Shown here one piece after another: positions 33,243 to 48,200 of a stretch of 64,000 nucleotides of DNA (position 1 is its first letter; each line of letters starts with the position of its first letter). Position numbers and translations under genes: made by a program. The stretch spans positions 744,001 through 808,000 of the forward strand of contig QPMI01000408.1 in NCBI GenBank assembly GCA_004431415.1, given 5' to 3'. The notes beneath the pieces are model-generated. The model was not told the DNA's origin and did no database searches. It saw nothing but the letters and a program-made list of their open reading frames with translations. The stretch is from Cyanophora paradoxa CCMP329 (lineage: Eukaryota; Plantae; Glaucophyta).

Positions 33243-36200
33243 GGAAGAAAACACGAGGAGGTATCCGGGCCACCCATCAGGCCCAACGAAAGAGCAGGGC
33301 ACGATAGAGTGGACCGCCGGCCGTACGCCTTTCTTGGGCCGCACGCGCGCAAGCAAAGCTCACACTCTACCACTCCTCTGAGCTCTGGGGCCCATACTCC
33401 AGAAAAGGGAACGAAAGTCTTCAAGGAGCAAACCGCCACCAACCCACACTTTGCCCGACAAGACAGCACAAGTGTGATCGGCCGACGTCCCCTGAGAGAA
33501 CCAAGGTTGAGGCAAAGCTGGCAAAGAAATCTGCCCTCACACATCTCATCACAGCGCGCGCGTCGCCCTCGGCATCCCTTCCCGGGACCCTCGGCGCCGA
33601 CGGTAGGGGCAAGGTATAGGTTTTGTTCAGGATGGTTGGTAGAAATTCGCTCGTGCTCCGGTCGACGTCCTCTGTTTCGATTCACAATTTGTGATTAACG
33701 ATTGTCGACTTGAGTCTCCAATCCATGGTCGGCCAATTGTCGAGCGGTGGCCACGGCCACGGGTGCATGCTCAGATGGCCGACTCTTGAGCCGCGCGACC
33801 GCGAAGGAGAGAAATGCCTCGCGGCGAATCCTCCAGCGATCCAGATATTGAAGTTCGTGTTTGCGCGTAGCTGTAGCCAGACCGCTAGACGGCGCGCAGC
33901 CAGCCGATGAGATCCGATCCCAAGCCTTAGAAGGCCGCATCAGTGAGTAGTGAGAACGAGTGCACTGGCCGTAGCTGGGCTCTCCAGGTCTGTCGAGACA
34001 GCACTTGCCAGTCCGTTCCGGACACGATTACTGGCCGTGCACGTAACAACAGGGCCTGAGGGCCATCAGCCCCAGTAGCACCGCCACCGATGGGTTTTCG
34101 AGGCGGGATGTGGTTCGCCGGCGGCGAGACCCGGATCCCGGCAAGCTGCCGTGTGCGGAGGCTAGGGCGAGCCGTTCCGATCCGTAGCAGGCGCGATCGC
34201 GACTACGAGCTCAGAGGCTCGAAACTGATTCCGACTCCTCTTCCGCTGAAGAGGGGAAGCCGGGGCGTGGCAGGCATACGCGCGCCGATTGGGAAGCGCT
34301 CTGGCGTTGAACCAAGAGGTGGCCTTCGGCTCGAGTGCCTGTGCACGTACTCCTCTTCCGCTGAAGAGCGGAAGCGGTAACAGGGCGAACTGCTCCCGAT
34401 GCCACTCCCTCTTCGGTTAAGCACCGTCCCCGGTGCTCCACCACGAGGGTCCGTGATTGGATCGGGGCGGCGTGGCCGTCCAGAGGAATTTTGCGAACGC
34501 AGCCTGAAAGTGCGGTGCGATGGCGTGACCATGCACGACCATGACCGTCTCTCTGTACATGTCGCTAAATTCCACGGCGTTCCGAGCTGCAGCTGTTGTC
34601 CTTCTCGATTCGTACTCGATCGAGGGGCAAGCGTAAGCAGCGGAGCCAGAGCGAGTTGAGTTGGTTTTGGCTTTGGTTCTGAGTTCGGCGTCGAGTCGTG
34701 GGCTACCGGACGATTGCGACAGCCGGCTACGATTGTTCCGAGCCCGGGGGCATCGCAGGGCCCGTCATATGCCCCTTTGTTTTTGGATGGGACCCGAGCT
34801 TGAGGGCACTGAGCGTCGAGGTTCGAACGCGCGCCGATCAAGCTTAAGCTCAAGGTCCGACGGTCTGGACCAATTACAAGCTTTCAGCACACGACTGCGC
34901 GCGAAGCGCTCTGGCTGTGTACGCCGGTGTCTATTGGCACGTGCTTCCGCTTTTCGCGGCTGCAGGCCAGGCGCCGGAGCGCCATGCATATGGCCCAGTG
35001 GCCGGGGCGCCATTGCCAAACTGGTGACGTCGACCGTGGGCGCGCCTCTGCCAGGAATAAGATCCCGGGTCGACGTTGCCAACGTCGGGTGCGAAATCGA
35101 TATATATAATCGTAAAATCGAGTATGGTATCGAGTTCGGTCCCACATTAATTTGTGGGCTCAAATGACCAAGCCACGGGGCAGAAGTAAGGTCCACTGCG
35201 CCACTGCCGGGAATAAGATCCCGGGCCGGCCACAGGAGTGCAATCGCTCTGTAGCGTATCGAACTCAAGGATGACCGCGGCGGATCCCCCGGCCATGCTC
35301 AGGCGCCGTGTCCGCGCGACACTGTGACAGGGCAGGTGCCGTGTCCGCGCAAAACTGCATGCGCCGAGGCGCCGGGCAGAATGCAAGCTTCACCGCCACA
35401 CGAGCACGAAATCAGCTTTAATTTGCTTGCACGGTCGGCCTTCTCACGGCGGCCCGTGTAGCCTACGCCTCAATGCCGTGCTGCAGCATCGTAGCTTGAT
35501 CGCGGGACCGGATCCCGGGATTGACGTGCTACGGTATTCGTGCAGGGTCGCTGGCTCCGCGGGCATCATATGCATGGCATGGCCACGTGCACTCGCGTGC
35601 GTATGGTCATAAAGTTGCCCGGCGACCGCGCCGTAGCGCTTCCGAGTTCAAGGTTCGACGTTCGCTGCCCGTAATCACAGGCGACGCGGAGTGATTCGCG
35701 CAGGATCAACGTCCGGTACCAGTGCGAAAATGTTTCGTGCACGTGGATCGAGGTCGCTGGGCCTGCGGCCAGCATGCGCGTAGAAGCGCACCGAGCGCGG
35801 CTGCCCGCGGCCGTGCACGTGGCGGCTGAGCGCGCGTCGCAAGATTGCAGGGGCCGCGAACGACGCGGGGTCAAAGGCCGCCATGCATATGGGGCCATGG
35901 GGCCGAAGGCCAGGAGCGGGGCCGGTCGGGGCCAGTGGCTGTGCACACGATCGCGAGCATCGTGCCGACAACATGATGCCATGCATATGGTCACGATGCA
36001 TGCCGTAATGCTCGCAATGGCGAGCTTAAGCGCCGCCTCTTAGCGGGTTCCGGATCGAGAATCCAAAGCCGGCTAGTTCAAGCATGCCATGGCCAGCTAG
36101 GCAGACCGCTTTCCGAAATCGGTTGCTGTGCACGCGGCCTCGGGCCTTAGCTTGCGAACTGGGGCTCACGACCGTGGGCTTCAGTCCGTGACAAGTACAC

Positions 36201-39200
36201 CGTAGTGCAGCACTGGGAGCTGCGGCTGTGGCTGCGGGTTCCGAATTCGGCCCTTTCGAATTTGGGCGCCTCCGGGCCGCAGATCGAGAGCATCATAGCC
36301 ATGGCCATATGCATGGCAAGCGCATCGCTGCGCAGGCCTAGGCTTTGCAGCCTTCTAGATCTCGCACGCATATCCGCGTTTTCGCATCTCGCATCCGCGT
36401 TCTCGCAAAACATTTTCGCGAGGCGGGTCGGACTGCGGGCTGCATGCACAGGCTTCAAAAAAGCTCGGCGGCTGGCGACCGGGTCCGCCCGCCTTCAGCG
36501 TGCAATTCTGACCGCGTTTCGCGGGCGAGGCCGCGAGGCCGAGGGCCGCGCCGTGCCGCAGTGCGCGCGGCGGCCATCATGGCATGACCGGCGTTTCAAA
36601 AAGTTCGCCGAATGTGCCACGGTAGCGAACCGATCCGCAGGTTCCGACCTTCAGCAATGCCCTTTGCGTGCTGGCACCGACAGCACCGTTCGCAGAGTAC
36701 CGGCTGCCTGGTGCAGGCAGGCCTAGGTGAGCCTCGCCGAGTCGGAGTCTGCGCTCGGTAGCGCAGCTCGACGTGCCACGGTGGGTGCCTGTCGCAGCGC
36801 CCGGCGGCCCTGCCATGATCGGCCAGGCTGCGTGCCGGCGCGTAGCTGCTGAGCTGCTTTGGCAGAGAATGCCGTGCGTGGCTCAGCGTAGTCGATCTCA
36901 TGTATCGATCGGGCACCGGCGTACGCGTGCCGCGGGGCCGTGCACGTGGGCGCAGCTGCAGCCTCGATCGCGAGCTCTGAGAAGTCACTGCGGGCGCATG
37001 CTGTGTCCGCGGCTTCGTCATCGATGTACATGTCCGACATCGATGCTGTGGGCCGGGCCGATAGCGAGGCCCACGCTTGCCGCGTACGCGTGGTGAAGGC
37101 GATTGCAAAATTGCAAGGTGACAGCTGCCCTGCGGCAGTGGGATCCCCGGACCGCGCGCGCTCGGATTTCGAACCAAGTGGGCTCTCGGCCGCGGGTCGC
37201 GATCGGCTAGAGCCAACGTTCGTAGAGGTCATGATCATGATCATGATCAGCGGCGGCCGCCGGGGCCCGCCGGCGCCGTGCAACGCAGCGGCTACGCTCG
37301 CTCATACATATACGCTCGGGTCGACGCTTGGCCTCAGCCTCTCTAGGCGAGCGGCCATGGGTCGCGATCGGTCCCGTCGAGAGTACACGACCAGGTTGCG
37401 TTTCGAAAGGTCGTCAAGGGGGCCACGCGTACGGGGCGCCGATTAATTTATTTTGTGCGGCCCGGCATCGCGAATCTGGTGATTGACCGTGACTCAGTGA
37501 CCGCGAATTTCAAGCGGTTCTTGCGAGGTGTAGCTGCGGCCGGTTTTCGCAGGGCCGACCGTCGGACGGCGCGGGTGTGCCCGGCCCGGTGGGGCCGCGG
37601 CTGGGAGCCCGGCGTGGGTCGCCCGCCAGCAAAGCCTGTAAGGCGAGAGGTCCGCCTGCAATCACAACTTCATGATAAAGGCTTCGCGATTGCAGGGTGC
37701 GATTGCAGGCTCGAGCTCGGGCTTGAGCAATGGGCCGCGGATTCGCTGCGCCAATACTGGGGCGTCGCGGTGCATTGGGACCGTGAAGGTCGCCGTATGC
37801 ATGCGCCTGGCCACCCGCGGGCCTTATATAATAAGAGAGCGGCAGCGGAGGGGCGCCGGGTACCGGGCGCGGCGGATCAGGGCGGTTACGCCCGACAGCT
37901 GCGGCCCTTCTGGTGGCCATGGTCAGTCAGCGGCTGGGCTCGCAATCAGGTTGCTGAGCGCGCGCCGATAACCGTTGAACGGCGCGAAGCCTCTGGGTCC
38001 AATCGCGAGCCTTCGAAGTCAGGGACCGCGAGTATACGTAGTACCGAAGCACTCGGCTATGGCCCAGTGGGTCTGGTACGTATACTCGGGTCCTAGGCCC
38101 GATCGCGAGGAGGGGAGCCTCGGAGTGCCAGGACTCAGCCCGACAGGCTGGGCCGGGCGCCGCAGTGCTAGAGCCTCGGCTGGGAATTTCGAATTCGGGT
38201 CGGGGCCGCGGGGCGCCAGACCTCGCGGTCGAGCTCGATCGTGTCCGGAGCCGACGTCAACGGGGCCACGACCGCGGCCGCCAGGCTGCGCGTGCCGAGG
38301 CGCTGGGCCCGCGCGGGTTGCACGTTGCCTCGCCTCCAAGGCTTGAACAGGTACTCGAGCTCGCGCGGCTGTGCGATCGCGAGCTCTGGTGCCCTCCGGC
38401 TTCGGATGGCCACGTGCACGGGCCCTCATCCTTCCGGTCGCGAAAATATGCCAGATCGCAGGGCCGGGCCGCCGTGGGGGAAGCTAGCGCTGTCTCCCGC
38501 GAGACAGGCGGCGGCCGCTGCGCATGCATATGCAGGCCGGGACGGGGCAGCAGGGCATGTACAGATGGAGGCGCCGCGGCGTGGATCCGGAGCGAGAGGC
38601 ATGCCGCGCAGCGCTCTCATGACCAGCCGCTGGGCCGGTCACCGTGTCGGGCGCCTCGGGCCAGGCCCGCGGGCTGCTGGAGCAGCAGCTCGTGTGACCG
38701 GGGCCCCGGGCCCGGGGAGGCTTGTGCCGCGGTGCTCGTGATCAGAGCAAAGCAAACGTAAAGAAAGATCAGCCTTTGGCGTGAGTTCGCAATATCGTAT
38801 ACGTAATTGCGGTCCGGATCCGGATCCATGCTCAGCCGAGTTCGAGTTGCGAATCTAAAGCGATTCGCGAAGCCCGAATTCGAGGCTTGCGATTTCGCTT
38901 GACAGTAAATTCGGAAGTATTTGGATTCCAACCGCGATCGATGTTGCAGGGGCAGATCGCGATTGCGAGGTCCTGACCGCAGGCTGGAGGGGCTTCACTC
39001 AGTGACTCGGCAAAGCTCGTGCGGGGCGGAATTCCCGATTTCGCAGGCGAGATCCCGAAGGAGTTTTGCTGCGAAAGCACTAAAGCCTGTATATGTGCCG
39101 TACTTCGGGGGTGCACGCGCCCGGCCCCGTACGGGTGCATACACGTGCACGTCTGCCGCCGGGCCGCAGTGCACGTGCATGCGCACAGTGCACAGCCTCA

Positions 39201-42200
39201 GAGAGTTGTGCATCAGTCTGCAGCTGGCGGGGCTAGGGCCACCCTCGTGACTGGCCATAGTCGATTGCGCATGCGACCCTTGGGGGCTGGCCATGGGGCC
39301 GGGCCCGTACCCATCATGGAATGCGCATCCGACGGTCGGGCCGGTCGCACGCTCGACACGCATGGCCATTTGCAACTCGAGCTCGAGCCTCGGAGCTCAC
39401 TGCAATCCGGGCCGGACACGTGCACGGGTCTCAGTCAGAGTCTCGGAGGCGGGCCGAGCCCACCGTGATTTCTTGGTCTCAGAGCCGGGCTGCGACACCC
39501 TGATCATGAGGACACCAGGACAATCGAGAGCTCATGATCAAGTGCGAGCCGAGGCCTCTGACCCCTGGCGGCGGTGGCTGCCTGCAGCTGCCGACTGTGG
39601 TTGGTCGGGCGCCGGGCGGCCGATCGTGGCGATATCGATCGCGAGCTCTTTTGCACTTTGCGGCGATTTGGCGATGGGCTGGGGCACGCGTGGGCACTAG
39701 TACTGTCCACGGGGCCAGCTTCCGTGACACGCCTTTGAGATTGGGCCGGGCTCCGGATCATCGGATCCTGATCAACAGCTCGAGGGCGCGAGAATCGTCT
39801 CTCCCGGACAGGAGCCCTGAGCTCGAGACTGCCGTCGACGTCCGCTAAGCACCGGGGCCGGCTGGCGCCCGGTTTGCGGCTCAACAGCGCCGGCTTCGAG
39901 TTCGATCGAGGCTGTACCGTAGTACTTTTGGCTGGCGCATCCAATTCGGATGAAGCTTGCAATTGGTGCCGGCGCGGAGCGCGGGTCGAAGAAGCTTGCG
40001 CGGAGAGGGCCACTCGAGGGGCCCGTGCCGCAGTGCTCCGAATTCGGCAAGCTGAAGGCCGGGGTCGCCCAGGGCCTTGAAGGTGCGCCTTTGCAATTGG
40101 GGCTTGCCCTTCGATTTTGCGCATGCCCATTCACATGCGGCTCGTGCGGCTCGAGCTCGCTTTAAAATTCACGTCACTCCCCTTCGTGCTAGCACCGTCC
40201 GCGTGCTTGCCTTAGAATCCCGAGGGATCCGGAAATTCGAAGAGGTTTAAAGATCAAGCTTTCAAGGGTTCACCGCCAGGCCCTGAGGCAGAGCGCTCGG
40301 TCTCAGCGTGCGGCTGGCCCGGCGGTACCGACGCGGGCAGGTGCGAATCTCGCGGTGCCCTAGCCTGCAGTGCCACGGTGGCTTTATATGGGTTATAATT
40401 ACTGGCCCTGGTGGGCTCAATATTGTCCCGGCCAAGTATGCACAAGCTCAAGCTTAAGCGTAAGCAACTTGGCAAGCTTGGAATCTCGGGTGCGGCTCGA
40501 GCTCAGAGCCCGCCAGGCTAGCGCTGCCAAGCCAGGACTCATGATCATGATCAGCTGCAGCCTCGAGCTTGCACACCGTGGCACGGTCCGGATCCAATGA
40601 TCGTGACCGGCCCGGCGGCTGTGCCGGCACCATGTGCACGGGGCTCATGATCATGATTCGACGATTGTGATCAGGTCTGAGTCAACGTTCGGCCGGCGTC
40701 GGAGCCGCAGTGCCGGGCGCCGCGCGCTGGCGACAGCTACGTATACGTATACGTTGAGATCGAGAGCTGAGAGAGACATCGGCCGAAGAAGGCTCATGTT
40801 CTCTTTGCAGACGAAACACGAGGAAGAAAACACGAGGAGGTATCCGGGCCACCCATCAGGCCCAACGAAAGAGCAGGGCACGATAGAGTGGACCGCCGGC
40901 CGTACGCCTTTCTTGGGCCGCACGCGCGCAAGCAAAGCTCACACTCTACCACTCCTCTGAGCTCTGGGGCCCATACTCCAGAAAAGGGAACGAAAGTCTT
41001 CAAGGAGCAAACCGCCACCAACCCACACTTTGCCCGACAAGACAGCACAAGTGTGATCGGCCGACGTCCCCTGAGAGAACCAAGGTTGAGGCAAAGCTGG
41101 CAAAGAAATCTGCCCTCACACATCTCATCACAGCGCGCGCGTCGCCCTCGGCATCCCTTCCCGGGACCCTCGGCGCCGACGGTAGGGGCAAGGTATAGGT
41201 TTTGTTCAGGATGGTTGGTAGAAATTCGCTCGTGCTCCGGTCGACGTCCTCTGTTTCGATTCACAATTTGTGATTAACGATTGTCGACTTGAGTCTCCAA
41301 TCCATGGTCGGCCAATTGTCGAGCGGTGGCCACGGCCACGGGTGCATGCTCAGATGGCCGACTCTTGAGCCGCGCGACCGCGAAGGAGAGAAATGCCTCG
41401 CGGCGAATCCTCCAGCGATCCAGATATTGAAGTTCGTGTTTGCGCGTAGCTGTAGCCAGACCGCTAGACGGCGCGCAGCCAGCCGATGAGATCCGATCCC
41501 AAGCCTTAGAAGGCCGCATCAGTGAGTAGTGAGAACGAGTGCACTGGCCGTAGCTGGGCTCTCCAGGTCTGTCGAGACAGCACTTGCCAGTCCGTTCCGG
41601 ACACGATTACTGGCCGTGCACGTAACAACAGGGCCTGAGGGCCATCAGCCCCAGTAGCACCGCCACCGATGGGTTTTCGAGGCGGGATGTGGTTCGCCGG
41701 CGGCGAGACCCGGATCCCGGCAAGCTGCCGTGTGCGGAGGCTAGGGCGAGCCGTTCCGATCCGTAGCAGGCGCGATCGCGACTACGAGCTCAGAGGCTCG
41801 AAACTGATTCCGACTCCTCTTCCGCTGAAGAGGGGAAGCCGGGGCGTGGCAGGCATACGCGCGCCGATTGGAAGCGCTCTGGCGTTGAACCAAGAGGTGG
41901 CCTTCGGCTCGAGTGCCTGTGCACGTACTCCTCTTCCGCTGAAGAGCGGAAGCGGTAACAGGGCGAACTGCTCCCGATGCCACTCCCTCTTCGGTTAAGC
42001 ACCGTCCCCGGTGCTCCACCACGAGGGTCCGTGATTGGATCGGGGCGGCGTGGCCGTCCAGAGGAATTTTGCGAACGCAGCCTGAAAGTGCGGTGCGATG
42101 GCGTGACCATGCACGACCATGACCGTCTCTCTGTACATGTCGCTAAATTCCACGGCGTTCCGAGCTGCAGCTGTTGTCCTTCTCGATTCGTACTCGATCG

Positions 42201-45200
42201 AGGGGCAAGCGTAAGCAGCGGAGCCAGAGCGAGTTGAGTTGGTTTTGGCTTTGGTTCTGAGTTCGGCGTCGAGTCGTGGGCTACCGGACGATTGCGACAG
42301 CCGGCTACGATTGTTCCGAGCCCGGGGGCATCGCAGGGCCCGTCATATGCCCCTTTGTTTTTGGATGGGACCCGAGCTTGAGGGCACTGAGCGTCGAGGT
42401 TCGAACGCGCGCCGATCAAGCTTAAGCTCAAGGTCCGACGGTCTGGACCAATTACAAGCTTTCAGCACACGACTGCGCGCGAAGCGCTCTGGCTGTGTAC
42501 GCCGGTGTCTATTGGCACGTGCTTCCGCTTTTCGCGGCTGCAGGCCAGGCGCCGGAGCGCCATGCATATGGCCCAGTGGCCGGGGCGCCATTGCCAAACT
42601 GGTGACGTCGACCGTGGGCGCGCCTCTGCCAGGAATAAGATCCCGGGTCGACGTTGCCAACGTCGGGTGCGAAATCGATATATATAATCGTAAAATCGAG
42701 TATGGTATCGAGTTCGGTCCCACATTAATTTGTGGGCTCAAATGACCAAGCCACGGGGCAGAAGTAAGGTCCACTGCGCCACTGCCGGAATAAGATCCCG
42801 GGCCGGCCACAGGAGTGCAATCGCTCTGTAGCGTATCGAACTCAAGGATGACCGCGGCGGATCCCCCGGCCATGCTCAGGCGCCGTGTCCGCGCGACACT
42901 GTGACAGGGCAGGTGCCGTGTCCGCGCAAAACTGCATGCGCCGAGGCGCCGGGCAGAATGCAAGCTTCACCGCCACACGAGCACGAAATCAGCTTTAATT
43001 TGCTTGCACGGTCGGCCTTCTCACGGCGGCCCGTGTAGCCTACGCCTCAATGCCGTGCTGCAGCATCGTAGCTTGATCGCGGACCGGATCCGGGATTGAC
43101 GTGCTACGGTATTCGTGCAGGGTCGCTGGCTCCGCGGGCATCATATGCATGGCATGGCCACGTGCACTCGCGTGCGTATGGTCATAAAGTTGCCCGGCGA
43201 CCGCGCCGTAGCGCTTCCGAGTTCAAGGTTCGACGTTCGCTGCCCGTAATCACAGGCGACGCGGAGTGATTCGCGCAGGATCAACGTCCGGTACCAGTGC
43301 GAAAATGTTTCGTGCACGTGGATCGAGGTCGCTGGGCCTGCGGCCAGCATGCGCGTAGAAGCGCACCGAGCGCGGCTGCCCGCGGCCGTGCACGTGGCGG
43401 CTGAGCGCGCGTCGCAAGATTGCAGGGGCCGCGAACGACGCGGGGTCAAAGGCCGCCATGCATATGGGGCCATGGGGCCGAAGGCCAGGAGCGGGGCCGG
43501 TCGGGGCCAGTGGCTGTGCACACGATCGCGAGCATCGTGCCGACAACATGATGCCATGCATATGGTCACGATGCATGCCGTAATGCTCGCAATGGCGAGC
43601 TTAAGCGCCGCCTCTTAGCGGGTTCCGGATCGAGAATCCAAAGCCGGCTAGTTCAAGCATGCCATGGCCAGCTAGGCAGACCGCTTTCCGAAATCGGTTG
43701 CTGTGCACGCGGCCTCGGGCCTTAGCTTGCGAACTGGGGCTCACGACCGTGGGCTTCAGTCCGTGACAAGTACACCGTAGTGCAGCACTGGGAGCTGCGG
43801 CTGTGGCTGCGGGTTCCGAATTCGGCCCTTTCGAATTTGGGCGCCTCCGGGCCGCAGATCGAGAGCATCATAGCCATGGCCATATGCATGGCAAGCGCAT
43901 CGCTGCGCAGGCCTAGGCTTTGCAGCCTTCTAGATCTCGCACGCATATCCGCGTTTTCGCATCTCGCATCCGCGTTCTCGCAAAACATTTTCGCGAGGCG
44001 GGTCGGACTGCGGGCTGCATGCACAGGCTTCAAAAAAGCTCGGCGGCTGGCGACCGGGTCCGCCCGCCTTCAGCGTGCAATTCTGACCGCGTTTCGCGGG
44101 CGAGGCCGCGAGGCCGAGGGCCGCGCCGTGCCGCAGTGCGCGCGGCGGCCATCATGGCATGACCGGCGTTTCAAAAAGTTCGCCGAATGTGCCACGGTAG
44201 CGAACCGATCCGCAGGTTCCGACCTTCAGCAATGCCCTTTGCGTGCTGGCACCGACAGCACCGTTCGCAGAGTACCGGCTGCCTGGTGCAGGCAGGCCTA
44301 GGTGAGCCTCGCCGAGTCGGAGTCTGCGCTCGGTAGCGCAGCTCGACGTGCCACGGTGGGTGCCTGTCGCAGCGCCCGGCGGCCCTGCCATGATCGGCCA
44401 GGCTGCGTGCCGGCGCGTAGCTGCTGAGCTGCTTTGGCAGAGAATGCCGTGCGTGGCTCAGCGTAGTCGATCTCATGTATCGATCGGGCACCGGCGTACG
44501 CGTGCCGCGGGGCCGTGCACGTGGGCGCAGCTGCAGCCTCGATCGCGAGCTCTGAGAAGTCACTGCGGGCGCATGCTGTGTCCGCGGCTTCGTCATCGAT
44601 GTACATGTCCGACATCGATGCTGTGGGCCGGGGCCGATAGCGAGGCCCACGCTTGCCGCGTACGCGTGGTGAAGGCGATTGCAAAATTGCAAGGTGACAG
44701 CTGCCCTGCGGCAGTGGGATCCCCGGACCGCGCGCGCTCGGATTTCGAACCAAGTGGGCTCTCGGCCGCGGGTCGCGATCGGCTAGAGCCAACGTTCGTA
44801 GAGGTCATGATCATGATCATGATCAGCGGCGGCCGCCGGGGCCCGCCGGCGCCGTGCAACGCAGCGGCTACGCTCGCTCATACATATACGCTCGGGTCGA
44901 CGCTTGGCCTCAGCCTCTCTAGGCGAGCGGCCATGGGTCGCGATCGGTCCCGTCGAGAGTACACGACCAGGTTGCGTTTCGAAAGGTCGTCAAGGGGGCC
45001 ACGCGTACGGGGCGCCGATTAATTTATTTTGTGCGGCCCGGCATCGCGAATCTGGTGATTGACCGTGACTCAGTGACCGCGAATTTCAAGCGGTTCTTGC
45101 GAGGTGTAGCTGCGGCCGGTTTTCGCAGGGCCGACCGTCGGACGGCGCGGGTGTGCCCCGGCCCGGTGGGGCCGCGGCTGGGAGCCCGGCGTGGGTCGCC

Positions 45201-48200
45201 CGCCCAGCAAAGCCTGTAAGGCGAGAGGTCCGCCTGCAATCACAACTTCATGATAAAGGCTTCGCGATTGCAGGGTGCGATTGCAGGCTCGAGCTCGGGC
45301 TTGAGCAATGGGCCGCGGATTCGCTGCGCCAATACTGGGGCGTCGCGGTGCATTGGGACCGTGAAGGTCGCCGTATGCATGCGCCTGGCCACCCGCGGGC
45401 CTTATATAATAAGAGAGCGGCAGCGGAGGGGCGCCGGGTACCGGGCGCGGCGGATCAGGGCGGTTACGCCCGACAGCTGCGGCCCTTCTGGTGGCCATGG
45501 TCAGTCAGCGGCTGGGCTCGCAATCAGGTTGCTGAGCGCGCGCCGATAACCGTTGAACGGCGCGAAGCCTCTGGGTCCAATCGCGAGCCTTCGAAGTCAG
45601 GGACCGCGAGTATACGTAGTACCGAAGCACTCGGCTATGGCCCAGTGGGTCTGGTACGTATACTCGGGTCCTAGGCCCGATCGCGAGGAGGGGAGCCTCG
45701 GAGTGCCAGGACTCAGCCCGACAGGCTGGGCCGGGCGCCGCAGTGCTAGAGCCTCGGCTGGGAATTTCGAATTCGGGTCGGGGCCGCGGGGCGCCAGACC
45801 TCGCGGTCGAGCTCGATCGTGTCCGGAGCCGACGTCAACGGGGCCACGACCGCGGCCGCCAGGCTGCGCGTGCCGAGGCGCTGGGCCCGCGCGGGTTGCA
45901 CGTTGCCTCGCCTCCAAGGCTTGAACAGGTACTCGAGCTCGCGCGGCTGTGCGATCGCGAGCTCTGGTGCCCTCCGGCTTCGGATGGCCACGTGCACGGG
46001 CCCTCATCCTTCCGGTCGCGAAAATATGCCAGATCGCAGGGCCGGGCCGCCGTGGGGAAGCTAGCGCTGTCTCCCGCGAGACAGGCGGCGGCCGCTGCGC
46101 ATGCATATGCAGGCCGGGACGGGGCAGCAGGGCATGTACAGATGGAGGCGCCGCGGCGTGGATCCGGAGCGAGAGGCATGCCGCGCAGCGCTCTCATGAC
46201 CAGCCGCTGGGCCGGTCACCGTGTCGGGCGCCTCGGGCCAGGCCCGCGGGCTGCTGGAGCAGCAGCTCGTGTGACCGGGCCCCGGGCCCGGGGAGGCTTG
46301 TGCCGCGGTGCTCGTGATCAGAGCAAAGCAAACGTAAAGAAAGATCAGCCTTTGGCGTGAGTTCGCAATATCGTATACGTAATTGCGGTCCGGATCCGGA
46401 TCCATGCTCAGCCGAGTTCGAGTTGCGAATCTAAAGCGATTCGCGAAGCCCGAATTCGAGGCTTGCGATTTCGCTTGACAGTAAATTCGGAAGTATTTGG
46501 ATTCCAACCGCGATCGATGTTGCAGGGGCAGATCGCGATTGCGAGGTCCTGACCGCAGGCTGGAGGGGCTTCACTCAGTGACTCGGCAAAGCTCGTGCGG
46601 GGCGGAATTCCCGATTTCGCAGGCGAGATCCCGAAGGAGTTTTGCTGCGAAAGCACTAAAGCCTGTATATGTGCCGTACTTCGGGGGTGCACGCGCCCGG
46701 CCCCGTACGGGTGCATACACGTGCACGTCTGCCGCCGGGCCGCAGTGCACGTGCATGCGCACAGTGCACAGCCTCAGAGAGTTGTGCATCAGTCTGCAGC
46801 TGGCGGGGCTAGGGCCACCCTCGTGACTGGCCATAGTCGATTGCGCATGCGACCCTTGGGGGCTGGCCATGGGGCCGGGCCCGTACCCATCATGGAATGC
46901 GCATCCGACGGTCGGGCCGGTCGCACGCTCGACACGCATGGCCATTTGCAACTCGAGCTCGAGCCTCGGAGCTCACTGCAATCCGGGCCGGACACGTGCA
47001 CGGGTCTCAGTCAGAGTCTCGGAGGCGGGCCGAGCCCACCGTGATTTCTTGGGTCTCAGAGCCGGGCTGCGACACCCTGATCATGAGGACACCAGGACAA
47101 TCGAGAGCTCATGATCAAGTGCGAGCCGAGGCCTCTGACCCCTGGCGGCGGTGGCTGCCTGCAGCTGCCGACTGTGGTTGGTCGGGCGCCGGGCGGCCGA
47201 TCGTGGCGATATCGATCGCGAGCTCTTTTGCACTTTGCGGCGATTTGGCGATGGGCTGGGGCACGCGTGGGCACTAGTACTGTCCACGGGGCCAGCTTCC
47301 GTGACACGCCTTTGAGATTGGGCCGGGCTCCGGATCATCGGATCCTGATCAACAGCTCGAGGGCGCGAGAATCGTCTCTCCCGGACAGGAGCCCTGAGCT
47401 CGAGACTGCCGTCGACGTCCGCTAAGCACCGGGGCCGGCTGGCGCCCGGTTTGCGGCTCAACAGCGCCGGCTTCGAGTTCGATCGAGGCTGTACCGTAGT
47501 ACTTTTGGCTGGCGCATCCAATTCGGATGAAGCTTGCAATTGGTGCCGGCGCGGAGCGCGGGTCGAAGAAGCTTGCGCGGAGAGGGCCACTCGAGGGGCC
47601 CGTGCCGCAGTGCTCCGAATTCGGCAAGCTGAAGGCCGGGGTCGCCCCAGGGCCTTGAAGGTGCGCCTTTGCAATTGGGGCTTGCCCTTCGATTTTGCGC
47701 ATGCCCATTCACATGCGGCTCGTGCGGCTCGAGCTCGCTTTAAAATTCACGTCACTCCCCCTTCGTGCTAGCACCGTCCGCGGTGCTTGCCTTAGAATCC
47801 CGAGGGATCCGGAAATTCGAAGAGGTTTAAAGATCAAGCTTTCAAGGGTTCACCGCCAGGCCCTGAGGCAGAGCGCTCGGGTCTCAGCGTGCGGCTGGCC
47901 CGGCGGTACCGACGCGGGCAGGTGCGAATCTCGCGGTGCCCTAGCCTGCAGTGCCACGGTGGCTTTATATGGGTTATAATTACTGGCCCTGGTGGGCTCA
48001 ATATTGTCCCGGCCAAGTATGCACAAGCTCAAGCTTAAGCGTAAGCAACTTGGCAAGCTTGGAATCTCGGGTGCGGCTCGAGCTCAGAGCCCGCCAGGCT
48101 AGCGCTGCCAAGCCAGGACTCATGATCATGATCAGCTGCAGCCTCGAGCTTGCACACCGTGGCACGGTCCGGATCCAATGATCGTGACCGGCCCGGCGGC

